From Actinomycetota bacterium (lineage in GTDB: Bacteria; Actinomycetota; Acidimicrobiia; IMCC26256; VFJJ01): 35,862 bases of DNA. A program made the position numbers and the translations under genes. The notes under the pieces were generated by a model. That model worked only from the letters and a program-made list of their open reading frames with translations. It ran no database searches and was not told the origin of the DNA. Positions within the stretch are counted from its first letter, which is position 1; each line of letters starts with the position of its first letter. Of this stretch, positions 7,430 through 21,144 are shown in pieces. Location of the stretch: positions 1-35,862 of the forward strand of contig VFJJ01000097.1 in assembly GCA_009886115.1 (NCBI GenBank), written 5' to 3'.

Positions 7430-9687
7430 GGACGGATCGAGCCTCCCGAGAACCCCGTGATGGGCGTGTCGGCAGAAGCCACCGCGGCAGCGCTTCGCGA
7501 TTCGATGGCCTCCAGCAACACCTGCGAGATGTCGGACACTTTCACGTTGTCGCCTTCGCCCTTCTCGTTGACACCGTCGGCGATCATCACGTAGCAGAAC
7601 GGGCAGGCCACCGCTATGCGGTCGGGCTTGGTCGCCAAGGCCTCTTCGGTGCGCTCGACGTTGACCCGCTTGTCGCCGAGATGCTCCTCCATCCACATGC
7701 GGGCACCGCCGGCGCCGCAGCAGAACGAGCGGGTGCCGTTGCGGGGCATCTCGACGACCTCGACCCCGCCGATCGCGCCGATCACCCGACGGGGCGCGAC
7801 GTAGACGTCGTTGTGCCGACCGAGATAGCACGAGTCGTGGTACACGATGCGCTCGTCGAGCGAGGCACCCACGAGCGACAGTCGTCCATCGTCGACGAGG
7901 TCGGCGAGCAATTGCGAGTGATGCACGACCTCGTAGTTGCCGCCGAGTTGCGGGTACTCGTTGAGCAACGTGTTGAAGCAGTGCGGGCACTGGGTGACGA
8001 TCTTCTTCACTCCCATGCCGTTGAGCGTGCCGATGTTCTCGGACGCCAGCATCTGGAACAGGTACTCATTGCCCGATCGGCGGGCCGAGTCACCGGTGCA
8101 CAGCTCCGACGGCCCGAGGATCGCGAAGTCGATCCCAGCTCGTTGCATGAGCTTGGAGGTCGCCTGGGTGACCTTCTTGTTCCGATCGTCGAACGAGCCG
8201 GCGCAACCCACCCAGTACAGGTACTCGTGCTCGAAGGCGTCGGCTGGGTCGACGATGACGACACTCTCGTCGAGCCCCTCCGCCCAGGCGGCGCGCTCGT
8301 GATTGCCGAGACCCCACGGGTTGTACGAGTTCTCCATGCCCCGGTAGGCGATGCCGAGCTCGGTCGGGAAGTCGGACTCCATGAGGGTGAGGTAGCGCCG
8401 GATGTCGAGGATCTTGTCGAGGATCTCGATGTTCACCGGGCAGATCTCGTCACACGCTTTGCACGACGTGCACGACCAGATCTCGTCGGTCGTGATGAGC
8501 TCGAACACGGAGTTGGCCGAGACCACCACGCCCGCCTCGAGACCGACCGTCGGCGAGACGGCCGGCGTTCCGGTGGCCGACATGATCTGGCCGATGTTGA
8601 GCACGATCTTGCGCGGGTCGAGGGGCTTGCCGGTGATGTTCGCCGGGCACACGGAGGTGCAGCGCCCGCAGACTGTGCAGGCGTCGGTGTCCATGAGCTG
8701 CTTCCAGGTGAAGTCCTCGATGGCCTTGGCGCCGAACGACTCGAGCGTGGTCTCCCCGTCGAGCAGGTACGGCATGGCCTTCATGGCGCCCTTGGGGCGG
8801 TCGCGGTCCTTCAGGTACATGTTCATCGGCGACGTGACCATGTGCCGGAGCTTCGTGGTGGGCAAGAGGATCGCGAAACCGAGGAAGGCCACGAAGTGCA
8901 GCGCCCAGACCCAGCGGTGGAAGTCGGACAGGGTCCCCTCGCTCAGATTCCCGAACCACTTCGCGATCTCCCAGCCGACGAACGACCACCGCTCGAACTC
9001 CGGACGGGCTCCCAGCTCGGCGCCCGAGTGGGCGATCCGCAGGCCCTCCACGAAGAACCCGGAGACGCCGATGAGCAAGAAGCACCCCAGGACCAGCGCG
9101 TCCTCGGGACGGGTCTTCGACCGGATCCGCTCCGGCCGTTGCACGTAGCGCCGGACGATGGCCCACACGATGCCGGCCACGAAGATCACGCCGAAGAGAT
9201 CGGCGGTGAAGGCGTAGGCCCGATAGGTGTCGCCGTGGAGGAACTTGAGGCTCTCCGGGACCTGGTGGTCGATCTCGAGGAGCACGGTGGCGATGAACAA
9301 CACGATGAACCCGAAGTAGATCATCGAGTGCATCGCCCCGGCGGGAGCGTCGCGCAGCAGCGTGCGCATCCAGACCCCGGCCCGGAAGTCGCGGGCTCGC
9401 CGGCCGGCGTTGTCGCGACGGAGCGAGCGGTCGTCGGGTCGGCCCCGCTCCCAGTTCTTCACCCGCATGGCGGCCATCCAGCCCACCACGAGGCACATCG
9501 TTGCCATCAGCGTGTAAAAGACCGCTTGAACCGGTGCAGGGACGTTGCCGAACACCTCACGCGAGACCGGCGAATCGTCGTGCCAGTCGGTGATGCTGGG
9601 GACGATGCCCGAGCCGGCGAACACCAACGCCGCCATGACGCTGGCAGCGATGACGAGTTGGTGCGGCTTGACGCGAACGCGGCGCAC
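7426..9687 (-). CDS. Membrane-bound heterodisulfide-reductase-related Fe-S oxidoreductase (FadF-like)
   Basis: N-terminal TM domain, CTVCGRCTSVCP and CTSCKACDEICP, cysteine-rich CCG domains (WVGC, CPHC, HDSC, CCGAGG, CPFC); GGGAGG before GTG 9687. Confidence 0.9.
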   Translation of the reverse strand: MRRVRVKPHQLVIAASVMAALVFAGSGIVPSITDWHDDSPVSREVFGNVPAPVQAVFYTLMATMCLVVGWMAAMRVKNWERGRPDDRSLRRDNAGRRARDFRAGVWMRTLLRDAPAGAMHSMIYFGFIVLFIATVLLEIDHQVPESLKFLHGDTYRAYAFTADLFGVIFVAGIVWAIVRRYVQRPERIRSKTRPEDALVLGCFLLIGVSGFFVEGLRIAHSGAELGARPEFERWSFVGWEIAKWFGNLSEGTLSDFHRWVWALHFVAFLGFAILLPTTKLRHMVTSPMNMYLKDRDRPKGAMKAMPYLLDGETTLESFGAKAIEDFTWKQLMDTDACTVCGRCTSVCPANITGKPLDPRKIVLNIGQIMSATGTPAVSPTVGLEAGVVVSANSVFELITTDEIWSCTSCKACDEICPVNIEILDKILDIRRYLTLMESDFPTELGIAYRGMENSYNPWGLGNHERAAWAEGLDESVVIVDPADAFEHEYLYWVGCAGSFDDRNKKVTQATSKLMQRAGIDFAILGPSELCTGDSARRSGNEYLFQMLASENIGTLNGMGVKKIVTQCPHCFNTLLNEYPQLGGNYEVVHHSQLLADLVDDGRLSLVGASLDERIVYHDSCYLGRHNDVYVAPRRVIGAIGGVEVVEMPRNGTRSFCCGAGGARMWMEEHLGDKRVNVERTEEALATKPDRIAVACPFCYVMIADGVNEKGEGDNVKVSDISQVLLEAIESRSAAAVASADTPITGFSGGSIRP

Positions 9688-9876
9688 GCGACCCTCCCGA
9701 TGGGCGTGACCACGCCCGAAGTCGACCTGAAAGTTGCCGAAATCTAGCGCGGGGCCTTGCGGCGGCTCGGCCTCACCGAGACCCACCGAGGAGGCTGCTG
9801 AGCGCGCGCCACGAACGCGATCTCGGCGACGGGCCCACGTGCGATGTCGCTCGGACGAGCGAGCCGGCCTGCGGTG

Positions 9877-10302
9877 CTACTGGACGGCGCGGGCGTCGCT
9901 GTCGCGCAGGCGCTTGGCCATGCCGATCAGCAGCTTGCGGGCCAGCCCCGGGACCTCATCGAGGAGGCCGGCGAACTCGGGCCTGGTGAGGATCAGCACC
10001 CGCATGGCGTTGTCGGCAACGACCGTCGCGTTGCGGGGACCACCGTCGAGGAGCGACAGCTCACCGAACGACTGCCCGGCGCCGAGCGTGGCGACCTTGC
10101 GCCCGTTGCGCTTCACGACGGCGCTGCCCTCGTCGATGACGAAGAACTCCTTGCCCGTCGCACCCTCTTCGATGATCGTGCGTCCCGCCGGGATGTCGAG
10201 CGGTGTCGCCTTGGAGGCGATCAGCTTGAGATCCTTCTTGGAGCACGCGGCAAACAGCGGGTGCTCAGCCAGGTGTGCGATGAATGCGTCGGTTCGCGCC
10301 AT
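9877..10302 (-). CDS. Stand-alone cyclic-nucleotide-binding domain protein
   Basis: PLFAAC, IIEEGATGKEFFVIDEG, GQSFGELSLLDGGPRNATVVA; no C-terminal HTH; TACGCT 8 nt before ATG. Confidence 0.9.
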   Translation of the reverse strand: MARTDAFIAHLAEHPLFAACSKKDLKLIASKATPLDIPAGRTIIEEGATGKEFFVIDEGSAVVKRNGRKVATLGAGQSFGELSLLDGGPRNATVVADNAMRVLILTRPEFAGLLDEVPGLARKLLIGMAKRLRDSDARAVQ

Positions 10303-10408
10303 GGCCGGGAAGCGTAGCGAAGTCGCTGGCGTCACGCCCGGATGCCGGCCCGGAGCCTTCATCGGCGCGAAACAGGCTCGAAACACGAGCCCTGTTGCAT
10401 GCACGGCA

Positions 10409-10888
10409 ATGGATGTGACCCTGGTTCGCTGGCCCGAGGAAGCCCCCCGATTGACGGCGCTTCGCGCCGAGGGCGCCCCACGTTTGCTCCTGGTGCGCAG
10501 CGACGCCGAGCCTCCGATGCCCGTCGACGAGCTCGAGGACTGGGTGCGCATCCCCTCCGAAGATCGCGATGTCCGAGCCCGAGCAGCAACCTTGGCAGCG
10601 CGGGCAGCGGCGAGGCTCCGACCTCACGTTCACGAAGACGACCTGTTGCGGTTCCGCGATCAGTGGATCGCCCTGTCGCCGCTCGAAGGAGCCATGGCCC
10701 GACCGCTCGTCGAGCGGTTCGGCGCGGTCGTGGCCCGCGACATCGTGACTCGCAGCGCCTGGCCGGTCGGACCGCCGACGCGCAACGCACTCGACGTGCA
10801 CATGCTGCGACTCCGTCGCCGAGCCCGGCTCGTCGGCCTCGAGGTCCGCACGGTGCGAGCCCGCGGGTACCTGCTCCAGGCGGTCTGA
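10409..10888 (+). CDS. OmpR/PhoB-type winged-helix protein with a vestigial receiver-like N-terminus
   Basis: IALSPLE, VVARD, RNALDVHMLRLRRR, VRTVRARGYLL; LEDWVRIP resembles the end of a receiver domain. Confidence 0.85.
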   Translation: MDVTLVRWPEEAPRLTALRAEGAPRLLLVRSDAEPPMPVDELEDWVRIPSEDRDVRARAATLAARAAARLRPHVHEDDLLRFRDQWIALSPLEGAMARPLVERFGAVVARDIVTRSAWPVGPPTRNALDVHMLRLRRRARLVGLEVRTVRARGYLLQAV

Positions 10889-10949
10889 TCGCTGAGCGAT
10901 ACTTGCCTCCACCGATCCGTCCACGATCGGCCTGATGGAGGCCTGCTCG

Positions 10950-12629
10950 ATGAAGCGAATCCTGGCTGCAGCCGCGACGGCTCTCGCGCTCACCCTGACC
11001 GCCTGCGGCGGCGGAGGGGGCGGAGGGGGCGGAGGCGGCAGCGGTGACGACGCGCAAGACGACGACTCCGGCTCGACGCGCCCGCGCCGTACCACGACCT
11101 CCGAGCGCAGCGAGCCCGACGACGCGACGACGACCACGACCGCCCCCGACGACGCGACGACGACCACGTCCGGGACCGGCAACCCGATCGTCGACCTGTC
11201 GCAGGTGGAAGCGGCCACGATCCAGATCATCGGCACCGGCGTCTACCGCGATCCCGAGATCGGAACCATCGACGCATTCGCCGGTGCCGGGTCGGGATTC
11301 TTCGTCACCGCCGACGGCCTGGCGCTGACGGCGTACCACATCGTCGCGGGGGCCGAAGCGCTCAGCGTCTACGTGAGCGGCGACGACCGGACCTACACGG
11401 CCTCGGTCGTCAGCAGTTCGGAGTGCAGCGATGTCGCGCTGATCCAAGTCGTTGGGCTCGAGACCTCCGTCGCCTCGCTCACCGTCTTCGACGGCGAGGT
11501 CGAAGGGGGTCTCGCCGTCCATGCCGCCGGGTACGCGCTCCCGGAGACGCCGGGCGAGCGAACCGAGTACGTGGTGGCCGACGGGATCATCGCCGACCCC
11601 GACGCCGACGACCAGACGCTGGCCTCCTTCGTGCCCTACAACCTGAGGGTCGACGCCCCGATCGAGCCCGGCGCGACCGGGGGGCCGCTGGTGACCGACG
11701 CGGGGCTCGTGGTCGGCATCAACCATGCCAACCTGAGCGACAACCGGGACCGTCAGCTCGTGACGCCGCTCGAGTTCGGGCTCGACCTCATCGGCGCGAA
11801 CCCCGGATACGTCGACGGTTTCGGCATCTCCGGCAGCGTCGTCGACGATCCGTCGTCGGGTGTGCTCGGCGTTTGGGTCACGACCGTCGACCCGGGCTCG
11901 CCGGCCGCGCTCACGGGAGTGCAGCCCGGCGACGTGGTGATGCGCATCGGCGAGAGCCTCGTCGGGGGCGACGGCACGCTGTCGGCCTATTGCGACGTCC
12001 TCCGATCGAGCACCGCGTCGGAGCCCGTGGACGTGCAGGTGTACCGGCTCGACACGACCGAGACGCTCGCCGGCACGATCAACGGCGCCCCCCTGGCGCC
12101 GTCGTTCACCTTCGTTCGTGACGTGACGGCCGCCCTCGAAGGCCTCCTGCCCGATGCAACGCCCTACACCGGCTACGAGACCGTCACCGACGACACCGCG
12201 GTGTTCAGCGTCGACGTGCCGGTGGAGTGGGCCGACGTCAACGGCGGGGCGATCACCTTCGGCACCGGTGAGACTCCAGGCGTCACCGCAGCAGCCGATC
12301 GGACGAGGTTCGTCGAGACGTTCGACGAGCCGGGCATCCAGATGCTCTACATCGAGAGCTCGTTCGGCGATCCCGCGTCGATCCTGTTCGAGCAGTTCGA
12401 TTTCACGTCCGCGTGCACCAGCGAAGGCTTCTCCAGCTACGAGGACGCCGTCTTCGTGGGCAGCTACGAGCTGTGGACGGGCTGCGGCGCCAACTCGACT
12501 GCGCTCCTCGTCATCGCCGGCCAGCCCTCCGAAACCCTGCTCCAGCCCGTGGCCCTGGTCTTCCAGATGGCCTCGACCGCCGACCTCATCGCCCTACAGC
12601 GCATCTTCGACTCTTTCACCTACATCTAG
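10950..12629 (+). CDS. Lipoprotein with trypsin-like (S1C/HtrA) fold and PDZ domain; catalytic Ser replaced by Thr
   Basis: Lipobox LTAC, Gly/Thr linker, GSGFFV, TAYHIV, DVALI, PGATGGPL, PDZ GSPAALTGVQPGDVV; GGAGG at 10937-10941. Confidence 0.85.
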   Translation: MKRILAAAATALALTLTACGGGGGGGGGGGSGDDAQDDDSGSTRPRRTTTSERSEPDDATTTTTAPDDATTTTSGTGNPIVDLSQVEAATIQIIGTGVYRDPEIGTIDAFAGAGSGFFVTADGLALTAYHIVAGAEALSVYVSGDDRTYTASVVSSSECSDVALIQVVGLETSVASLTVFDGEVEGGLAVHAAGYALPETPGERTEYVVADGIIADPDADDQTLASFVPYNLRVDAPIEPGATGGPLVTDAGLVVGINHANLSDNRDRQLVTPLEFGLDLIGANPGYVDGFGISGSVVDDPSSGVLGVWVTTVDPGSPAALTGVQPGDVVMRIGESLVGGDGTLSAYCDVLRSSTASEPVDVQVYRLDTTETLAGTINGAPLAPSFTFVRDVTAALEGLLPDATPYTGYETVTDDTAVFSVDVPVEWADVNGGAITFGTGETPGVTAAADRTRFVETFDEPGIQMLYIESSFGDPASILFEQFDFTSACTSEGFSSYEDAVFVGSYELWTGCGANSTALLVIAGQPSETLLQPVALVFQMASTADLIALQRIFDSFTYI

Positions 12630-12719
12630 ACGTAACGAGACAGCGGCGTCAGGGAGCGCTGACCCGCTGGCGGTGGCCGGCCAGCATCGCCAGCGTGACT
12701 TCTCTCACATCGGGAGCAG

Positions 12720-12753
12720 AAAACTTGGGTCTGTGACACTCAAGTTTTATGAT
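12720..12753 (+). promoter_or_regulatory. HAIR (HspR operator) overlapping the dnaK promoter
   Basis: CTTGGGT-N7-ACTCAAG (12724-12744), one mismatch to CTTGAGT-N7-ACTCAAG, flanked by AAAA/TTTT; TTGGGT-N17-TATGAT overlaps it. Confidence 0.9.
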
Positions 12754-12821
12754 GCGGAGTACCGATACATGAACGGGCGCCGCGACGGTGGCCCGACTTC
12801 GCTTCCTCTGGAGGATCTCCC

Positions 12822-14684
<1,863 letters not shown>

Positions 14685-14689
14685 ACGTC

Positions 14690-15325
14690 ATGAACGACCA
14701 GCAGTGGATCGTCGGGGACGGCGAGTCCGTCCCCGCGACCCCCGATCCGACCGGGCCCGCGAGTCGGTCGAACGATGTCGGCGAGGGCGACGTCGGTGCC
14801 GCCGACGTCGCCCTCGCCGATGACAGGTGTTTTACCGATGGCGTTGCCGACGCCGAGATCGTCGACGACGAACCGCTCACCGAGATCGAGGTGCTCGCCG
14901 CGGAGCGCGACGAGTACCTCCTCCATCTGCAACGGCTCCAGGCCGACTTCGACAACTTCCGGAAGCGCTCGGCCCGCGATCAGGCTGCACTCAGCCAACG
15001 GGCGTCGGAGCGGCTCGTCGAGGAGCTCCTCCCCGTCCTCGATGCCTTCGACCTGGCGATGATGAGCGTCGTCGAGCTCCCCGACGAGCACGCCAAGGTG
15101 AAGAAGGGCATCGAGCTCACGTATGCCCAGATGGTCGGCGTGCTCGAGAAGGCCGGCCTGCAGCGCGTCGACGCCCTCGACCAGGCGTTCGACCCGTCGT
15201 TGCACGATGCCGTCATGCAGGTCGACGAAGGACGCGACGAACCGGTCGTCGTGGAGGTCATGCGGGCCGGATATCACCTCAAGGGCAGGGTGCTGCGGGC
15301 CGCCATGGTCAAGGTGGCCAAGTAG
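14690..15325 (+). CDS. grpE: Nucleotide exchange factor GrpE
   Basis: LQRLQADFDNFRKR, LLPVLD, FDPSLHDAV, GYHLKGRVLRAAMVKV. Confidence 0.97.
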   Translation: MNDQQWIVGDGESVPATPDPTGPASRSNDVGEGDVGAADVALADDRCFTDGVADAEIVDDEPLTEIEVLAAERDEYLLHLQRLQADFDNFRKRSARDQAALSQRASERLVEELLPVLDAFDLAMMSVVELPDEHAKVKKGIELTYAQMVGVLEKAGLQRVDALDQAFDPSLHDAVMQVDEGRDEPVVVEVMRAGYHLKGRVLRAAMVKVAK

Positions 15326-15426
15326 CGGCGTGCGAGCGGCGCCGGCGTGGTGCGGTCGAGGCCACGGTGGCGCCACGGCGGTGAGGGAAGTGGACGGCGG
15401 CGACGACCTCGGAGGAGGTGACGCAC

Positions 15427-16392
15427 ATGGCACCCCAGCGTGAATGGTTCGAGAAGGACTACTACAAGGAGCTCGGGGTACCGGCGAGCGTCACCGACAA
15501 GGACGTCACCAAGGCGTACCGGACCCTCGCCAAGCAGTTCCACCCCGACGCCAACCCGGGCGACACCGTGGCCGAGGATCGCTTCAAGGCCATATCGGCG
15601 GCCTACGAGGTGCTGTCGAACGCCGAGAAGCGCAAGGAGTACGACGAGGTTCGCAGGATGGTCGCATCGGGTGTGGGCCCCGGTCGCCTCGGTGGGGGCG
15701 GAGGGTTCGCCGGCTTCGGAGCCGGGCCCCGAGGCGCTACGCACATCCGGTTCGAGGATCTCGACGACGACGCATCGTTCTCCGACCTGTTCAGCCAGCT
15801 CTTCACCAGCGGCGGACCGGGGGGGCGCGGGCGCACCAGCCCCCGCAAGGGTCGCGATCTCGAGACTGCGGTGCACCTCGACTTCCTCGAGGCCGCACAC
15901 GGCGTGCAGACCACGGTCCGGTACCCGGCCCAGGGTGAGGTGCGTGAAGTCACGGTGCGCGTTCCGGCCGGTGTCGACGACGGGCAACGGATCCGCGTCG
16001 CCTCACGAGGGCTCGACGGCACGAACGGCGGCCCCCCAGGCGATCTCTACGTGCAGGTCGAGGTGCGGCCGCATCGGATCTTCGGGCGGGAGGGCAACAA
16101 CCTCACGCTCACCGTCCCCGTCACCTACCCCGAGGCCGCGCTGGGCGCCGAGATCCGCATCCCGACGCTCGACGAGCCGGTCACCATCAAGGTCCCGGCC
16201 GGCACCCCGTCGGGCAAGTTGATGCGGGTACGCGGCCGCGGTATCGCCAAGGCCAGCGGCGCCAAGGGCGATCTGCTCCTGACCATCGAGGTTGCGGTAC
16301 CTCGCCATCCGAACAGCGACGAGAAGAAGGCACTCGAAAAGCTCGCCGCCGCCATCAAGGAATCGCCTCGAGCCCACTTCGAGACCACGTGA
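15427..16392 (+). CDS. dnaJ: DnaJ-family co-chaperone, class II (no zinc finger)
   Basis: [12 protein letters not shown] motif, G/F region, C-terminal domain; no CxxCxGxG repeats. Confidence 0.92.
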   Translation: MAPQREWFEKDYYKELGVPASVTDKDVTKAYRTLAKQFHPDANPGDTVAEDRFKAISAAYEVLSNAEKRKEYDEVRRMVASGVGPGRLGGGGGFAGFGAGPRGATHIRFEDLDDDASFSDLFSQLFTSGGPGGRGRTSPRKGRDLETAVHLDFLEAAHGVQTTVRYPAQGEVREVTVRVPAGVDDGQRIRVASRGLDGTNGGPPGDLYVQVEVRPHRIFGREGNNLTLTVPVTYPEAALGAEIRIPTLDEPVTIKVPAGTPSGKLMRVRGRGIAKASGAKGDLLLTIEVAVPRHPNSDEKKALEKLAAAIKESPRAHFETT

Positions 16393-16406
16393 GGAGGTGA
16401 GCACCG

Positions 16407-16799
16407 ATGGCTGACACCGACGACACCCGAGCAGTCTTCGTCATCTCCGTGGCCGCGGAGCTGGCCGGCATGCACCCGCAGACCCTGCGGATCTACGAGC
16501 GCAAGGGGCTCATCGAGCCCCAACGCACACCGGGCGGCTCCCGGCGATACTCCGCAGCCGACATCAAGCGACTCCAGATGATCCAAGAGCTCACCAACGA
16601 CGGCATGTCGCTGGTCGGGGCGTTGCACGCGATCCACCTGCGGGACCTGCTGGCCCAGGCCCACGACGAGATCGCCCGGCTCCGCGCCGAGCTCGACCAG
16701 ACCCGTCGGGAAGCCCAATGGGCGCTCGACCAGGTGCACCGGTCGTACCGACGCGATCTGGTGCCCCTCAACCAGGCGGTCGTCAGGTTCACGCGTTAG
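16407..16799 (+). CDS. hspR: Heat-shock repressor HspR (MerR family)
   Basis: [41 protein letters not shown]-terminal RRDLVP; operon position. Confidence 0.97.
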   Translation: MADTDDTRAVFVISVAAELAGMHPQTLRIYERKGLIEPQRTPGGSRRYSAADIKRLQMIQELTNDGMSLVGALHAIHLRDLLAQAHDEIARLRAELDQTRREAQWALDQVHRSYRRDLVPLNQAVVRFTR

Positions 16800-16881
16800 C
16801 ACGAGCCGGAGCAAGCGCTGTAGCAGTGCCGGCGTGGGGGCGCCGGACCATCCGGGGGGCCTGATCAACGAGAAGGCACAC

Positions 16882-19467
<2,586 letters not shown>

Positions 19468-19515
19468 CGCTCACGCAGCGACGCTGTGCGCTGCCGCTGT
19501 GCGGCTCCAGCGGGA

Positions 19516-19558
19516 TTCTTCGCGATTTCGCACCGGGGGTGCGCGAAATCGCGAAGAA
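19516..19558. terminator. 16-bp perfect inverted repeat after clpB (terminator or REP-like element)
   Basis: TTCTTCGCGATTTCGC (19516-19531) / GCGAAATCGCGAAGAA (19543-19558). Confidence 0.6.
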
Positions 19559-19691
19559 AGCGCGGGTGGCGCCCGGCGGTGCGGCGCGCTACGGGCGTTG
19601 GGCGGTGGTGGCGACGATGGCACCACCACCGACGTCCACATCGAGGCATGCGCGTACGCGCTCGGAGCGGGCCGTCGGCGACGGGCGCGTC

Positions 19692-19727
19692 TACGATCCT
19701 CCGAACGTGACTACCGTTCACGTTCGG
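19692..19727 (+). promoter_or_regulatory. purA -10 box (TACGAT) followed by a perfect 10-bp inverted repeat
   Basis: TACGAT 19692-19697; CCGAACGTGA-N7-TCACGTTCGG 19701-19727. Confidence 0.5.
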
Positions 19728-19774
19728 TGCGCAGCCAACGACCCGCCCGAGCGCCGTCTTCAAGTGAGGCAGCC

Positions 19775-21058
19775 ATGCCGGGCACGGTGATCGTCGGGAC
19801 GCAGTGGGGCGACGAGGGCAAGGGGCGCTTCGTCGACAACCTGTCCGAGCGGGCCGACTTCGTGGTGCGCTACCAGGGCGGGCACAACGCCGGGCACACG
19901 ATCGTGGCCGACGGCCAGACGCTCAAGCTGCAGCTCGTCCCCAGCGGGATCCTGCACTCGCGGGTGACAGCGGTGATCGGCAACGGAGTGGTGGTCGATC
20001 CGGCGGTGCTGCTCGCCGAGCTCGACATGCTCGAAGCCAAGGGTGTCTCCACGGCGAAGGTGAAGCTGAGCGGCAACGCGCATCTGATCATGCCGTACCA
20101 CCAGGAGCTCGACCGGGCCACGGAGCGCTTCCTCGGCGCCAGCAAGCTGGGCACCACCAAGCGGGGGATCGGCCCGGCGTATGCCGACAAGGCCAGCCGC
20201 ATCGGCATCCGGGTGCAGGACCTCCTCGACGCTGGCATCTTCAAGAAGAAGCTCGACCTCGCCGTGCGCGAGAAGAACGCCGTTCTGGCCAAGGTCTACA
20301 ACCGCCTTCCCCTCGACGGGCGCGACATCTACGAGTCGTACCTGGCGATGCTGCCCCGCCTCGAGCCGCTCATCGCCGACACCGTGTTCCTCGTCAACGA
20401 GGCGCTCCGCGACGGGCGCGAGGTGCTCTTCGAGGGCGCTCAGGCCACGTTCCTCGACCTCGACCACGGCACGTATCCTTACGTGACCTCGTCGAATCCC
20501 ATCTCGGGCGGCGTATGCACCGGCGCCGGTGTCGGGCCCCGGGCGATCGACCGGATCGTCGGCGTGGTCAAGGCGTATCTCACCCGGGTGGGCGAGGGAC
20601 CGTTCCCGACGGAGCTCTTCGACGAGGTCGGCGACATGCTCGTCGAGCGGGGCCGGGAGTTCGGCACGAACACGGGGCGCCGTCGTCGGCCGGGCTGGCT
20701 CGACGTGGTGATGTTGCGCCACGCCGTGATGCTCAACACCTGCACCGAGTTGGCGATGACCAAGCTCGACGTGCTCTCGACGCTGGCCGAGATCAAGGTG
20801 TGCGTGGCCTACGAGGCCGACGGGGTCCGCTACGAGCACCTCCCCTATCACCAGACCGTGCTGCATCACGTGACACCGGTCTTCGAGACCCTGCCCGGCT
20901 GGCGATGCGACATCAGCACGTGCCGCCGTTTCTCCGACCTGCCTCCACAGGCCCGGGACTACGTCCGTCGCGTGGAAACCCTCGCCGGCGTGCCGGTCAC
21001 GATGGTGTCGGTCGGGCCCGACCGCGACCAGTCGTTGAACCTGGACGGTGCCGCATGA
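19775..21058 (+). CDS. purA: Adenylosuccinate synthetase
   Basis: [59 protein letters not shown]. Confidence 0.99.
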   Translation: MPGTVIVGTQWGDEGKGRFVDNLSERADFVVRYQGGHNAGHTIVADGQTLKLQLVPSGILHSRVTAVIGNGVVVDPAVLLAELDMLEAKGVSTAKVKLSGNAHLIMPYHQELDRATERFLGASKLGTTKRGIGPAYADKASRIGIRVQDLLDAGIFKKKLDLAVREKNAVLAKVYNRLPLDGRDIYESYLAMLPRLEPLIADTVFLVNEALRDGREVLFEGAQATFLDLDHGTYPYVTSSNPISGGVCTGAGVGPRAIDRIVGVVKAYLTRVGEGPFPTELFDEVGDMLVERGREFGTNTGRRRRPGWLDVVMLRHAVMLNTCTELAMTKLDVLSTLAEIKVCVAYEADGVRYEHLPYHQTVLHHVTPVFETLPGWRCDISTCRRFSDLPPQARDYVRRVETLAGVPVTMVSVGPDRDQSLNLDGAA

Positions 21059-21144
21059 CGGCGCACTCGCCAACTGTCAGCATGGCGCCCCGTATCCGGG
21101 GTCTGACGCCGACAGTTGGAGGGGTGGGCGCCGGGGAGCCGTGA
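21055..21144 (+). other. 29-aa bridging mini-ORF overlapping purA stop (ATGA) and purD start (TGATG), containing an imperfect palindrome
   Basis: ATG 21055, TGA 21142-21144; CCAACTGTC (21070-21078) / GACAGTTGG (21111-21119); translation unproven. Confidence 0.4.

Noticed and set aside
7246..9747. Long antisense or alternative-frame ORFs (e.g. 7246-9747 +, 5171-7036 +, 12747-14501 -, 17470-19395 -, 2066-3667 -)
   Set aside because: Shadows of well-supported genes caused by high-GC codon bias; no recognisable domains
16389..16409. Mini-ORF MRR between dnaJ and hspR as another bridging ORF
   Set aside because: It is the GGAGGTGA Shine-Dalgarno sequence, and its stop does not overlap the hspR start
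19701..19727. CRP site or LexA SOS box at purA (also TCGAA-N7-TTCGA at 25183-25199)
   Set aside because: Spacing is wrong for both consensus sites; the purA dyad is kept only as an unassigned motif
21048..21143. purD N-terminal extension from GTG 21048
   Set aside because: Homology begins at MRVLVIGSGGREH and GGGGAG precedes 21141/21144
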